DNA from: a virus
Lineage: Duplodnaviria; Caudoviricetes
DNA: 28,194 bases
Reading direction: 5' to 3' (one strand)
IMG/VR virus record: IMGVR_UViG_3300006896_000005
Coordinates: 1-28,194 of that record
Shown: piece after piece, positions 7,991-15,984 of the stretch
How the letters are laid out: every line of letters starts with the position of its first letter
Numbering within the stretch: the stretch's first letter is position 1
Position numbers and translations under genes: made by a program
The notes under the pieces: generated by a model
What the model was told of the DNA's origin: nothing
Database searches by the model: none
The model's input: only the letters and a program-made list of their open reading frames with translations

Positions 7991-9191
7991 TTCCAATGAG
8001 GTGCCAACGACCCCGTCCGAGGTTCGAGCCTCATACCTCAAATACGAAGATACAGGCGTTTCTGAAGAAGATATAAAACTGGTAATGCTGGATGCGCTAG
8101 ATAATCTCTGTTACTGGTGGGCAAGAAAGGGCGGCACTCCCTCTACAATAGCTGATGCAGTAATGGGGCAAGTTAAAGAGTGTGGCAGTCCTCCTTTCGC
8201 CTCCCCAGTACAGGTACGGCGTATTGCGGCTAAGGCATTCCGGCGATATATCGAGGACATGAAGCCCACCCTCGACCAAATAAGAGCAACGCAGTACAAC
8301 CAGCCCACAGACATAAGCGAAGAACTAAGTGCTATGGAATCATGGCTGACATACCGCACGGAACAGTTTCATTTTGGAATCTATGAGCTGGATCGGGCGA
8401 TTGGCGGGGGGATTATGAAGGGACAAACAATGTCCATCATAGGTAACCCCGGTTCGATGAAGACATCCTTGCTTTTGAGCGGGATAGAACAGTGGGTGAC
8501 GGAGAGCGATGAGCCTGTAGCCTTCTTCTCTGTGGATATGGACAAGGCCAGTATTTTTGAGAGGCTTATGTTAAGAGAGATGCGCTGTGGCCCGGACATA
8601 CTCAGGGAACATTATTACCGTAAATCCATAGAATATCTTGCGGCCAAAGAGACCCTGAGGAAAAGATACGCCGGGAAATTAAGTGTCTTTGAAAACAGGG
8701 TGGGGGATAAGTGGACCATCGACAAGATATGTGCTTACGCAGAAGTGAACACGCCGGGACTTATTTGCATTGACTTTCTTACTCAACTTAAAAAACCAAA
8801 ACAATCAGACTTTGATGTGGTTAATGAGGCGGTTCCAATACTCAAAGACCTAGCTCATTCTTATGGGTGCGCAGTTGTGGCTCTTAGTCAAATGAGCATG
8901 GCATCAAGGCAGGTGCAGGCATCAGGGGGCATAGGCGGAGCCGCCAAGGGTGGCCCAACGGTCGAAGAAAATGTCGATATTGAAATAGAGTTGTTCAGAG
9001 ATATTTCGGACAATCCGACAGACCCCGCGCCAAAGATAATAGCAACGATAAAGAAAACACGCAGAGGCATTGCTGGAGGTAGTTACCAGCTTGACTATTC
9101 GGGCCCCCTTATGCAGTTTAAGGGAACAGCGACAAGGGTTCATAGAGCGAAACCTATGAAGCCGCTATTTGAAACAGGCTCAATAATCTGA
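7923..9191 (+). CDS. DnaB-like replicative helicase
   Basis: Walker A GNPGSMKT, FFSVDM, ICIDFL (Walker B) and VVALSQ motifs; start may be ATG 7974. Confidence 0.85.
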   Translation: MKVSMTEVAEQNSGCQQMATLLNSNEVPTTPSEVRASYLKYEDTGVSEEDIKLVMLDALDNLCYWWARKGGTPSTIADAVMGQVKECGSPPFASPVQVRRIAAKAFRRYIEDMKPTLDQIRATQYNQPTDISEELSAMESWLTYRTEQFHFGIYELDRAIGGGIMKGQTMSIIGNPGSMKTSLLLSGIEQWVTESDEPVAFFSVDMDKASIFERLMLREMRCGPDILREHYYRKSIEYLAAKETLRKRYAGKLSVFENRVGDKWTIDKICAYAEVNTPGLICIDFLTQLKKPKQSDFDVVNEAVPILKDLAHSYGCAVVALSQMSMASRQVQASGGIGGAAKGGPTVEENVDIEIELFRDISDNPTDPAPKIIATIKKTRRGIAGGSYQLDYSGPLMQFKGTATRVHRAKPMKPLFETGSII

Positions 9192-9203
9192 GGAGGAATA
9201 CAC

Positions 9204-9617
9204 ATGATGGATTGCAATAACGTATTGCTGGTTGGCAATTTAGTAAGGGACCCTAAAATTTTTACAATGAGCAGTGGGAGCAAAGTGGCCTCGTTCTCAC
9301 TGGCAATTACAAAGAAGTGGACCGCTAAGAACGGCGAGGCAAAAGAAAAGACTAACTATCCAAACTGCAAGGTTTGGGGTAAGGATGCTGAGTTTGTTGA
9401 GCAGTTTGCTAAGGGGGATAAATTAGCTGTCTTAGGTGAAATAGAGACGGGGAGCTATGAAAAGAATGGACAGAAGGTTTACACAACAGACGTTATCGTT
9501 AATAAGGTTATTCCCTTTTCTATCCCCAAAGCAAATACAGTATCTTCCGTAGAAAGCTACGCAGAGTTATCCTGCCCCGATGATTCCGGCGGGATGGATG
9601 TGGAGGTTCCATTCTAA
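9204..9617 (+). CDS. ssb: Single-stranded DNA-binding protein
   Basis: NNVLLVGNLVRDP, ASFSLAI, CKVWGK.AE, KGDKLAVLGEI and acidic C-terminal tip DVEVPF. Confidence 0.95.
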   Translation: MMDCNNVLLVGNLVRDPKIFTMSSGSKVASFSLAITKKWTAKNGEAKEKTNYPNCKVWGKDAEFVEQFAKGDKLAVLGEIETGSYEKNGQKVYTTDVIVNKVIPFSIPKANTVSSVESYAELSCPDDSGGMDVEVPF

Positions 9618-9841
9618 TGCCGGAAGCGACCAGTTATTGCGACTTTAGGTGCGGCAATTTACGTTTAGGGAGTATGGGCGGGTATGTTTGCCATAAACAT
9701 AAGCGGAAAGTTGAGATAGGTAAAAACGGTCTGCCTATAAAATTACTTAGATGCCAAACGGAGGGACAAACAGGATGCCACAGTGTGCAAGATGCGGACT
9801 CAGCCTTAGCACCTGATGCGATGCCGTCTATGAGGTCATAG
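9617..9841 (+). CDS. Small Cys-containing hypothetical protein
   Basis: TAATG overlap with ssb; upstream SD GGAGGT. Confidence 0.5.
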   Translation: MPEATSYCDFRCGNLRLGSMGGYVCHKHKRKVEIGKNGLPIKLLRCQTEGQTGCHSVQDADSALAPDAMPSMRS

Positions 9842-9945
9842 ACTCAGAAACAGGCGAAGGCGCGGGGGTAGTTTGTGAAGAGTGCTATAAGGCTATGGTG
9901 ACAGAGGGGGCTATCGAGGAAGATGTCTATAATGCAGACAGCTAA
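9775..9945 (+). pseudogene. Small zinc-ribbon ORF interrupted by an in-frame TGA
   Basis: Hand translation MPQCARCGLSLST*CDAVYEVIDSETGEGAGVVCEECYKAMVTEGAIEEDVYNADS; SD GGAGGG upstream; TGA at 9814-9816. Confidence 0.5.
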
Positions 9946-10213
9946 AGAAGACGGGACTGCACGTGGAGCTACTCATTATCAAAGGCTTCAGCAACAGCCT
10001 ATAGAGGTAATGCAGTCAATTATGTCAAAGGAAAGAATGTTAGGGTTTTGTGAGGGGAATGTCCTTAAGTACGCCCTTCGTCTAGGAGCAAAAGACGAGG
10101 ACATTAAGGAAATGCGAAAGATTGCGCAGTATTCCAAGTGGTTTGTGGTCGTAGCTGAAGATAAAACCATAGATCCAAGAGAAGAAGGAAGTGAGAAGGA
10201 CTGTGAACAGTGA
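9923..10213 (+). CDS. DUF3310 family protein (SaV / T7 gp1.7-like)
   Basis: HYQ....PIEVM........GFCEGNVLKYALR.G.K....EMRKIAQY. Confidence 0.82.
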   Translation: MSIMQTAKEDGTARGATHYQRLQQQPIEVMQSIMSKERMLGFCEGNVLKYALRLGAKDEDIKEMRKIAQYSKWFVVVAEDKTIDPREEGSEKDCEQ

Positions 10214-10424
10214 GCAGGGACAGTATATATACCCGCTGGGGGCAAAGCACGAGCTATGTGTGCAGATTGTGTCAGAAGCGCCAAGAGCCTATGGAGTCGT
10301 CAGGTTCGAGAAGGGTAAATCGGCTTTCTGTGGCAGGTGGGGAAGGAAAAGATATCCTACCGCAGAAGAAGCGCAAAGGTTCCTCGACAGAGAAGCCGAA
10401 AAAATGTTGCTCAAAGCAAGCTGA
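10191..10424 (+). CDS. Hypothetical phage protein
   Basis: Fills the space between DUF3310 and RusA; stops immediately before the RusA GTG. Confidence 0.5.
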   Translation: MRRTVNSEQGQYIYPLGAKHELCVQIVSEAPRAYGVVRFEKGKSAFCGRWGRKRYPTAEEAQRFLDREAEKMLLKAS

Positions 10425-10425
10425 C

Positions 10426-10824
10426 GTGCTGGTAGAGGCAGAGATACCCGAACTGCCTCCTTCTGTAAATGCAATATGGAGGTCTACTTATGGTAAGGGC
10501 GGACGTACTTATAAGCCTAAGGCTGTGAAGGACTGGCAAAAAGAAGCCGCTCTTATTATGAGGGAAGACTTTTTAAAGCGGGGGATAGGGCAGTATGAGG
10601 GGATTGTTGTTTTGGAAATAGCAATAAGAACCTCAAGTAAAAGAAAGATGGATGTAGATAACCGCATTAAGGCATTGCAGGACTGTCTGGAGCCGGCTGG
10701 GATTCTTAATGACGACAGTCAGGTGTGGGATTTAAGAATATACAGGCAGATGGGTAACAGTAATAATGTACACATAAGGCTAAGGAAGGCAACAGAAGAA
10801 GACCTGTGTATGCAAGCGGCATAG
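10426..10824 (+). CDS. rusA: RusA-like Holliday junction resolvase
   Basis: LPPSVN..W and DVDNRIKALQDCL..GILNDDSQV catalytic motif; GTG 10426 preferred over the 10210 track start. Confidence 0.9.
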   Translation: MLVEAEIPELPPSVNAIWRSTYGKGGRTYKPKAVKDWQKEAALIMREDFLKRGIGQYEGIVVLEIAIRTSSKRKMDVDNRIKALQDCLEPAGILNDDSQVWDLRIYRQMGNSNNVHIRLRKATEEDLCMQAA

Positions 10825-10868
10825 CTGGCGTATAATAAGAATAATAAACACCAGAGGAGGGTGATGTA

Positions 10869-11132
10869 ATGAGGCGTAAGCAATATGCAGAGGTTGACGT
10901 TAAAGCAGAGGGCCTTTCTAACTTCAACAAGCTCAACGATGGACATAAGAAGATTATGGTTGAGGTTGCGACAGCATATATGAGGCAGTTAGAGAGGGTT
11001 AAGTGCCCAACTTGCCCCGCAGGCAAGAGATATATGCCAATCAACAAACTATGCGTCAGTTGTTGGTATAAAGTTCTTGATGATACCTGCGAGGAGACTA
11101 TTAGAACGGAGGGCTGGAATGATGCCGAGTAA
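10869..11132 (+). CDS. Hypothetical zinc-binding protein
   Basis: CPTC...CVSC; SD GAGGAGGGTGA. Confidence 0.6.
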   Translation: MRRKQYAEVDVKAEGLSNFNKLNDGHKKIMVEVATAYMRQLERVKCPTCPAGKRYMPINKLCVSCWYKVLDDTCEETIRTEGWNDAE

Positions 11133-11535
11133 TTGGGTAGATATGGTGGCGGAGTTTCAGAAACAGTTTGAGGAGCCGTTTATTCCCGTGGGACAGTCTG
11201 ACTGGGAGAGGCTTATAAACCTAAGGGCCTCCCTGATCCACGAAGAAATAACCGAACTGTGGATGGGGATGAATGGAATGCTACAGACCCCCTGCGAAGC
11301 AGACAGCCTTATGCGAGCAAAGGTGGATACCCTAGATGCTATCTGTGACAGTATTTATGTGTTAATAGGTACTGCAAACGCCCTTGGTTTCGACATCAAA
11401 GAGGCGTTTGACAGGGTACATAAAAGCAACATGACCAAGTTGGGGAAAGACGGCAAGCCAATATATAATCTAGCGGGGAAGGTTATGAAGCCGGAATCAT
11501 TTAAACCCCCTATATTAGAGGACTTGGTAGCTTAG
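11119..11535 (+). CDS. MazG-like all-alpha nucleoside triphosphate pyrophosphohydrolase (PRA-PH family)
   Basis: MVAEF, LIHEEITEL, DAICDSIYV, VHKSNMTKL..DGKPIY...GKVMKP..FKPP. Confidence 0.88.
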   Translation: MMPSNWVDMVAEFQKQFEEPFIPVGQSDWERLINLRASLIHEEITELWMGMNGMLQTPCEADSLMRAKVDTLDAICDSIYVLIGTANALGFDIKEAFDRVHKSNMTKLGKDGKPIYNLAGKVMKPESFKPPILEDLVA

Positions 11536-11538
11536 GCA

Positions 11539-12075
11539 ATGGCAAGAAGGGACTATAGATTCGTAGGCTTTGAGGACGAGAAGACTATTACCGAAATAAT
11601 GCTCCGTGCCTTACCTAAGGTCTGTAGGGCCCGTGTGGACAGAGAGGCGTGGCTTGACAGTCTCGCCCTCTCTGGGCCATCTGGATCTTCTATAGGCAGG
11701 GTCCAAGGCGGCACAGACGTAGACAAGGCCCAAAGGCTTATTGAAAAGAAGGAATCAGATAAGGTTTTGGGGTGGCTTAGGCTTATTGAGGTTAGGCTTT
11801 GTGATAAGATACAACACCTCTCACAACCTGAAAGGGCTGTTATAAGGGAGTATTATTTAACTGACGGATATCCGCCGGACCGTGAGGTAGCTAGGAAGCT
11901 TAAGATAAAAAAAGGCACTGTCCAGTCTATCAGGTTAAGGGCCAGAAATAAAATGGTAAGAGCCTGTACGAGCGTGTATCATGTGTTCTGTTTGTGGCGG
12001 GAACAGGATGAACTTGATTTGGATCAGCGCGGAGGCAGTGAGCTTGATAAAATAATAAAGGAGGAGGCGGCTTAA
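11539..12075 (+). CDS. Sigma-70 region 4-like transcriptional regulator (putative late-gene activator)
   Basis: LSQPERAVIREYY......REVARKLKIKKGTVQSIRLRARNKM; last gene of the replication operon. Confidence 0.7.
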   Translation: MARRDYRFVGFEDEKTITEIMLRALPKVCRARVDREAWLDSLALSGPSGSSIGRVQGGTDVDKAQRLIEKKESDKVLGWLRLIEVRLCDKIQHLSQPERAVIREYYLTDGYPPDREVARKLKIKKGTVQSIRLRARNKMVRACTSVYHVFCLWREQDELDLDQRGGSELDKIIKEEAA

Positions 12076-12095
12076 TGCCGCCCCTTTTTATTTTT
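12064..12095 (+). terminator. Rho-independent terminator ending the rightward operon
   Basis: GGCGGC-TTAAT-GCCGCC followed by CCTTTTTATTTTT. Confidence 0.8.
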
Positions 12096-12177
12096 GCCGC
12101 TAGTTAATCCTCACGAGTTCATCCTGACGAAATAAAGAAAACAGAGGACAATAACTGTTAATAGGATGTCCCAGATA

Positions 12178-12780
12178 TTAAACAAGTTGTCCTCTTTCTT
12201 TGTATGCCTTTTCTCTACGCGGATTCATCTCCTCCTGTACCGGCTTCAATGATGATGCTGGAATTCTCCATATTCCATCATAAGGAGACTTGAAGGCTCC
12301 GGGAACCCTGCCTTGTTTGCAGAGCAGGGCTATCCTTTCTTTTGACCGGGGAGGGTTTATTGCGTCAGCAAATTCCTTGACGGTCAAATACTCGCGCGTA
12401 AACACTTTATCCTCTTGCATCTCATCGCTGAATTGTTCCAGTGTGAGGTACAAAATTTCTTGAGAGGATAAAGATGAAACCTGCCCACTTAAAAGCTTAT
12501 CTCTTCTTATTGTGTATGCCAAGGCTTCTGCCGTAGGTGGGTGCGCTGGCGTGTATCCGTCTTCTTTAATGATGTCTTTTAGTAAATTTATTTCATCAGG
12601 AAGAAACTTCTGCTCAATTAATTGCCGCGCACCTTTCATTTGGCGAACAGTCCAAGTCAGGAGCCATGTGGCGAACACCTCCTGATCGTTTTCCCCGCTC
12701 ATTTCTTTAATAAATGCCTTTCCGGTGACAGGGAGATTGCTTATTATCCTATTTTCTGGTTCTCGTCTCTCATAAACCAT
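12178..12780 (-). CDS. Protein with C-terminal excisionase-like (HTH_17/MerR-type) domain
   Basis: YLTVKEFADAI....ERIALLCKQGRVPGAFK....WRIP. Confidence 0.7.
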   Translation of the reverse strand: MVYERREPENRIISNLPVTGKAFIKEMSGENDQEVFATWLLTWTVRQMKGARQLIEQKFLPDEINLLKDIIKEDGYTPAHPPTAEALAYTIRRDKLLSGQVSSLSSQEILYLTLEQFSDEMQEDKVFTREYLTVKEFADAINPPRSKERIALLCKQGRVPGAFKSPYDGIWRIPASSLKPVQEEMNPRREKAYKERGQLV

Positions 12781-12804
12781 AACACCTACCCCCTTCTAGG
12801 TAAT

Positions 12805-12833
12805 AGTATATAACCACTATCGGAGCATGTCTA
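12805..12833 (-). promoter_or_regulatory. Sigma70-type promoter for the 12178-12780 gene
   Basis: Minus strand TAGACA-17 nt-TATACT; a second candidate TTGACT-16-TAGCAT at 12869-12896. Confidence 0.6.
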
Positions 12834-12906
12834 CCTCACCCCGTTGAGTGCCCATATACATAGGCAGTATGCTATGCTTATGGTAACAAGAGTCAAAAAC
12901 CTGCCC

Positions 12907-13227
12907 TTAGTCAATATCATACCCATGCCAACATATGATCTTTTTGTCTGTCTCTAGCGCATATTTAACTTCAGCCCTACAGCCAGCACTCTCCTCCCAG
13001 TCACCGAACACCCACAGCTCATCGCAGTTAGATAGCAACTCAATACAGTGGTCGATAACATCTTCTTCCGGCGGAAGATATGCAAAATTATGAAGAGGGC
13101 TAACCGGGAGAATGTCCGGATGCCCTCTTATAATGTCTGTGCATATCATTCCAACCTTTTTCATGTTACCTTGCGGATCGTTTCTAAAAGGATGTGCTAT
13201 ATATACTTTCTTCTTTTTCTTCTGCAC
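12907..13227 (-). CDS. DUF4406-like / nucleoside 2-deoxyribosyltransferase-fold protein
   Basis: VYIAHPF, PVSP, CIELLSNCDELWVFGDWEESAGCRAEVKYA. Confidence 0.8.
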   Translation of the reverse strand: MQKKKKKVYIAHPFRNDPQGNMKKVGMICTDIIRGHPDILPVSPLHNFAYLPPEEDVIDHCIELLSNCDELWVFGDWEESAGCRAEVKYALETDKKIICWHGYDID

Positions 13228-13241
13228 ATTAACTCCTCCTT

Positions 13242-13505
13242 CTAATCCATCATACGCAAGGTCTCTTTTAGCGCAGTGGCGATTCTGCCTAGTGCGCCCT
13301 CCACGTCCTCCTCCTCCAAAAACACTACCTTGTGTATACCTTTAACGCGGGCTATAGTCTTCGTGATATATATCTCCTTATATCGCCAGTTCTCCGACAC
13401 CATCCGTTCCGCATATGCCTTTGCTTCTTCGTATGCGTCAAAGCCATAGCTGACACTGCCGTCTTGCTCCATGTCTCGTACTACTGCATATGTTTGTTTG
13501 CTCAT
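13242..13505 (-). CDS. Hypothetical phage protein
   Basis: ORF within the tightly packed leftward block. Confidence 0.6.
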   Translation of the reverse strand: MSKQTYAVVRDMEQDGSVSYGFDAYEEAKAYAERMVSENWRYKEIYITKTIARVKGIHKVVFLEEEDVEGALGRIATALKETLRMMD

Positions 13506-13513
13506 ACTGTTTT

Positions 13514-13741
13514 CTATCTCCCCTTCGTAGATAGGCTATATCTTCTCTTATTCCCAAAGTATCGCTCAATAAGCGGGACTAAGTACGTGCCAGATAAGAT
13601 TCCTACCGCCATTCCTTCAATAAACGCAATGCCAATCAAATTAGCAAGAGAGGCATAACCCAACAGCCACGGGGTTATTCCTGCTATCATTATTGCGTTA
13701 ACAATTCCTGTAGTAGTTATTACCGCCCAATACAATTTCAT
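13514..13741 (-). CDS. Small membrane protein (two hydrophobic segments)
   Basis: MKLYWAVITTTGIVNAIMIAGITPWLLG...LIGIAFIEGMAVGILSGTYLV; SD GGAGGTGG and ATGA overlap. Confidence 0.6.
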   Translation of the reverse strand: MKLYWAVITTTGIVNAIMIAGITPWLLGYASLANLIGIAFIEGMAVGILSGTYLVPLIERYFGNKRRYSLSTKGR

Positions 13742-13923
13742 TCCTCCACCTCCTCGTTCCAACCATCCTTACAATCACCGTTACTTATGTCGCATTCATA
13801 TCCAACACATCTGTTTAAATTAAACCCGTCTACGTCTGGGCAAAGGTTTTTAACAATAAATTCAGACAACTCCTCATCGCTCCACCCTCTGACTATTTCG
13901 ACCGCCTTGTCAATCTTCTTCAT
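13738..13923 (-). CDS. Small Cys-containing hypothetical protein (MKKIDKA...)
   Basis: SD GAGGTGA; four Cys. Confidence 0.6.
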   Translation of the reverse strand: MKKIDKAVEIVRGWSDEELSEFIVKNLCPDVDGFNLNRCVGYECDISNGDCKDGWNEEVEE

Positions 13924-13927
13924 GACA

Positions 13928-14269
13928 TCACCTCAACATATTCAGCATATAGTCCAACGCCCACGCTTCTGGGTCGTGTCTCCAAAAAAGATAATCAGGG
14001 AGGAAAAGAACGGACAATATCAAGCAGATAATCATTATCCCAAATCCCCAAATAACAAAACCGCACCAACTATCATTTTCAAAACCACTCACTAAATACA
14101 CCCCTACGACAACTAAACATATCCCCATACAGAAACCTATAGCCAACATAACGCATGGCGTAAAAGTCTTATACCCCAACCTCGGCAACACTTCCATGAG
14201 CTTACCCGCTGGCACCGCTAGTTTACTTGCAAGATTATCTATTACTGAGTTGATTGCTTCTGGATTCAT
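13928..14269 (-). CDS. Membrane protein (two TM helices)
   Basis: Two long hydrophobic stretches; SD GGAGGTG. Confidence 0.7.
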   Translation of the reverse strand: MNPEAINSVIDNLASKLAVPAGKLMEVLPRLGYKTFTPCVMLAIGFCMGICLVVVGVYLVSGFENDSWCGFVIWGFGIMIICLILSVLFLPDYLFWRHDPEAWALDYMLNMLR

Positions 14270-14289
14270 TTACACGCACCTCCGTTAAT

Positions 14290-14382
14290 TTATTTGTCTG
14301 AGCGATGTGCCCACCCAGAGAGATATAATCCGACAACAATGCCATACACGAATAAAATAATATCCCTAGAAATAGGCGTCAT
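14290..14382 (-). CDS. 30-aa single-TM peptide (not in ORF track)
   Basis: Hand translation MTPISRDIILFVYGIVVGLYLSGWAHRSDK; SD-like GGGGGAG. Confidence 0.4.
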   Translation of the reverse strand: MTPISRDIILFVYGIVVGLYLSGWAHRSDK

Positions 14383-14413
14383 TCTGTCTCCCCCTGTGCC
14401 TTGTCAATCTTCT

Positions 14414-14722
14414 TCATGAGGAACATCTTTCTCCCCAATAACAACACGTATCTTCCTCGTCAACTATAAATTCCTTCGCTTTTTTAAGTCGACAAATTAA
14501 TACGTCTCCAACAACCGGGTCGTTAAGGTGTCTAGAATGACAACAACTACGGCATAATTGGTTAAAGGTGCGTTTGATCCATTCCTCAAACGAAATATCA
14601 CCCTCAGGCCATTCACCCTTCGCTATTTGTCCGGCCTTTAAAACTTCGTATATCGCCTTGGCGTAAGGCTCATCCGTATTGATGATAAAATATTTGTTAC
14701 CCGGCTTCATTATCTTTTTCAT
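14414..14722 (-). CDS. Hypothetical protein with C-terminal Cys cluster
   Basis: KYFIINTDEPYA..IYEVLK N-terminus; CRSCCH...C...CCYW C-terminus. Confidence 0.6.
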   Translation of the reverse strand: MKKIMKPGNKYFIINTDEPYAKAIYEVLKAGQIAKGEWPEGDISFEEWIKRTFNQLCRSCCHSRHLNDPVVGDVLICRLKKAKEFIVDEEDTCCYWGERCSS

Positions 14723-14724
14723 TC

Positions 14725-15090
14725 CTATTCCTCCCCTCGTGCCTTACGGAGGGCCTTGTTAATGTCTTTTGGTGTGCCAAACTCATCCCATTCGGTAATA
14801 AAATCAAACTGAGGATGCCCTGCTACACCAATAGAATCATTTATCAAAGATTGTATTTCCTCCAGCACCTCAATTATCTCCTTGTTGATTGCCTTGAGTT
14901 CGGCGTTCTCCTTTCGCAGGTCGGGTAACTGCCATGCGTCGGCGATCAGCTCAATATTCTTATTGTTAAAATATCCGTTCCCAAAAAGATCAATTATCTC
15001 GCCGTTCGGACCTAGAATTTTAATAAATCCACTTCCATCGCGGGACCGCACTACCTTCCACGGTCCCGGCGTGTTCTTAGGCTCGGCCAT
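14725..15090 (-). CDS. Hypothetical phage protein (TPGPW N-terminal motif)
   Basis: KNTPGPWKV...LIADA...ALRKARGE pattern common in phage early genes; SD GAGGAGGT. Confidence 0.7.
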   Translation of the reverse strand: MAEPKNTPGPWKVVRSRDGSGFIKILGPNGEIIDLFGNGYFNNKNIELIADAWQLPDLRKENAELKAINKEIIEVLEEIQSLINDSIGVAGHPQFDFITEWDEFGTPKDINKALRKARGEE

Positions 15091-15114
15091 ACTAATACCT
15101 CCTCTTATTCTTTC

Positions 15115-15276
15115 TCAAGTAGCTGTCCATCCATAGCCAGGGTTATATCTACGCTTGTTCCCCGTTTTGTCTAATTCCGCTCGCAACCTAGCCACTTCAC
15201 GTTCTAACCTCTCAACCTCTTGCTCCAACTGCTGTTCTTTTAGTGCCGGAGGAGGTCCCCAATTACCGTTTAACAT
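15115..15276 (-). CDS. Small coiled-coil protein
   Basis: LEQEVERLEREVARLRAEL; ATG 15276 just after the YopX stop. Confidence 0.5.
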   Translation of the reverse strand: MLNGNWGPPPALKEQQLEQEVERLEREVARLRAELDKTGNKRRYNPGYGWTAT

Positions 15277-15280
15277 CTCC

Positions 15281-15703
15281 TCATTCCTCCTCCTTCTCAG
15301 AACATTCCTTTTTCCCATTGTTCTGCGTGTCGTGGATGTTGCCGATGACCTGTAATTGTGACTTTGATTCAAAGTGCAACGGATATCCCATGGTGTAATC
15401 TGATTCCAGTACGCTTGTAAAACAAGCCATGTTGTCGCTGTAAATAATCACATGCCTTTTGCCTAGGAAGTCAAGATAAATATCTCCTTCAAATATTTTC
15501 TTTTTTTCTCCTGCTAACTCATTTAAGCCTGTAAACCGACCTACCGTGGCGGGGTCGACGATATACTCATCCTCAAGATCAAATATCTGTGCCACGGGAT
15601 AATCTACATGTGAGCCATAGACCCAGTCACCAATCTTCATCCTATCTTTAAGATATTTAGGAACTTCCGTAACTTTCCCCCTAAACAGTATCTCCCTGCT
15701 CAT
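15281..15703 (-). CDS. YopX family protein
   Basis: MSREILFRGK, WVYG, VDPATVGRFTGL, IFEGDI, LQVIGNIHD. Confidence 0.9.
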   Translation of the reverse strand: MSREILFRGKVTEVPKYLKDRMKIGDWVYGSHVDYPVAQIFDLEDEYIVDPATVGRFTGLNELAGEKKKIFEGDIYLDFLGKRHVIIYSDNMACFTSVLESDYTMGYPLHFESKSQLQVIGNIHDTQNNGKKECSEKEEE

Positions 15704-15984
15704 TCCGCTCCCCCCTTCGCTTCCTCCCACTTACTTACGGCTTCCTCTAACGCCGATTCATCAATAATCCCGTCAAGTACGTCTGTTATGCGCTTGGATA
15801 AGGTGTTACCTGCTTGCTTTAGGACTAGTTTCTTTTTACTTGTCTTAAAATGAGCTTCAATACTCTCGCAACGATCATCATATATGGATTGATAACGTGT
15901 CTTAAGCTCGGCGTTCTCTATCTCCATCTCCTTCACCCTTTGTGTTAGTTCGCACTCTCGGCAGAGGTCAGCGGGGTTGGTCAT
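15700..15984 (-). CDS. Hypothetical coiled-coil protein
   Basis: MTNPADLCRECEL...; SD GGAGGG; ATG 15984 preferred over the track start. Confidence 0.55.
   Translation of the reverse strand: MTNPADLCRECELTQRVKEMEIENAELKTRYQSIYDDRCESIEAHFKTSKKKLVLKQAGNTLSKRITDVLDGIIDESALEEAVSKWEEAKGGAE

Larger units (their letters stand above)
13904..14419. repeat. 22-bp exact direct repeat flanking a two-gene insert
   Basis: GCCTTGTCAATCTTCTTCATGA at 13904-13925 and 14398-14419. Confidence 0.85.

Noticed and set aside
9814-9816. Genome-wide stop-codon reassignment (TGA or TAG recoding)
   Set aside because: Coding density is high under the standard code and recognisable genes end normally at TGA, TAG and TAA; only one isolated internal TGA was noticed
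10210-10425. 72-aa N-terminal extension on RusA
   Set aside because: It overlaps the 10191-10424 ORF in another frame; RusA similarity begins at GTG 10426
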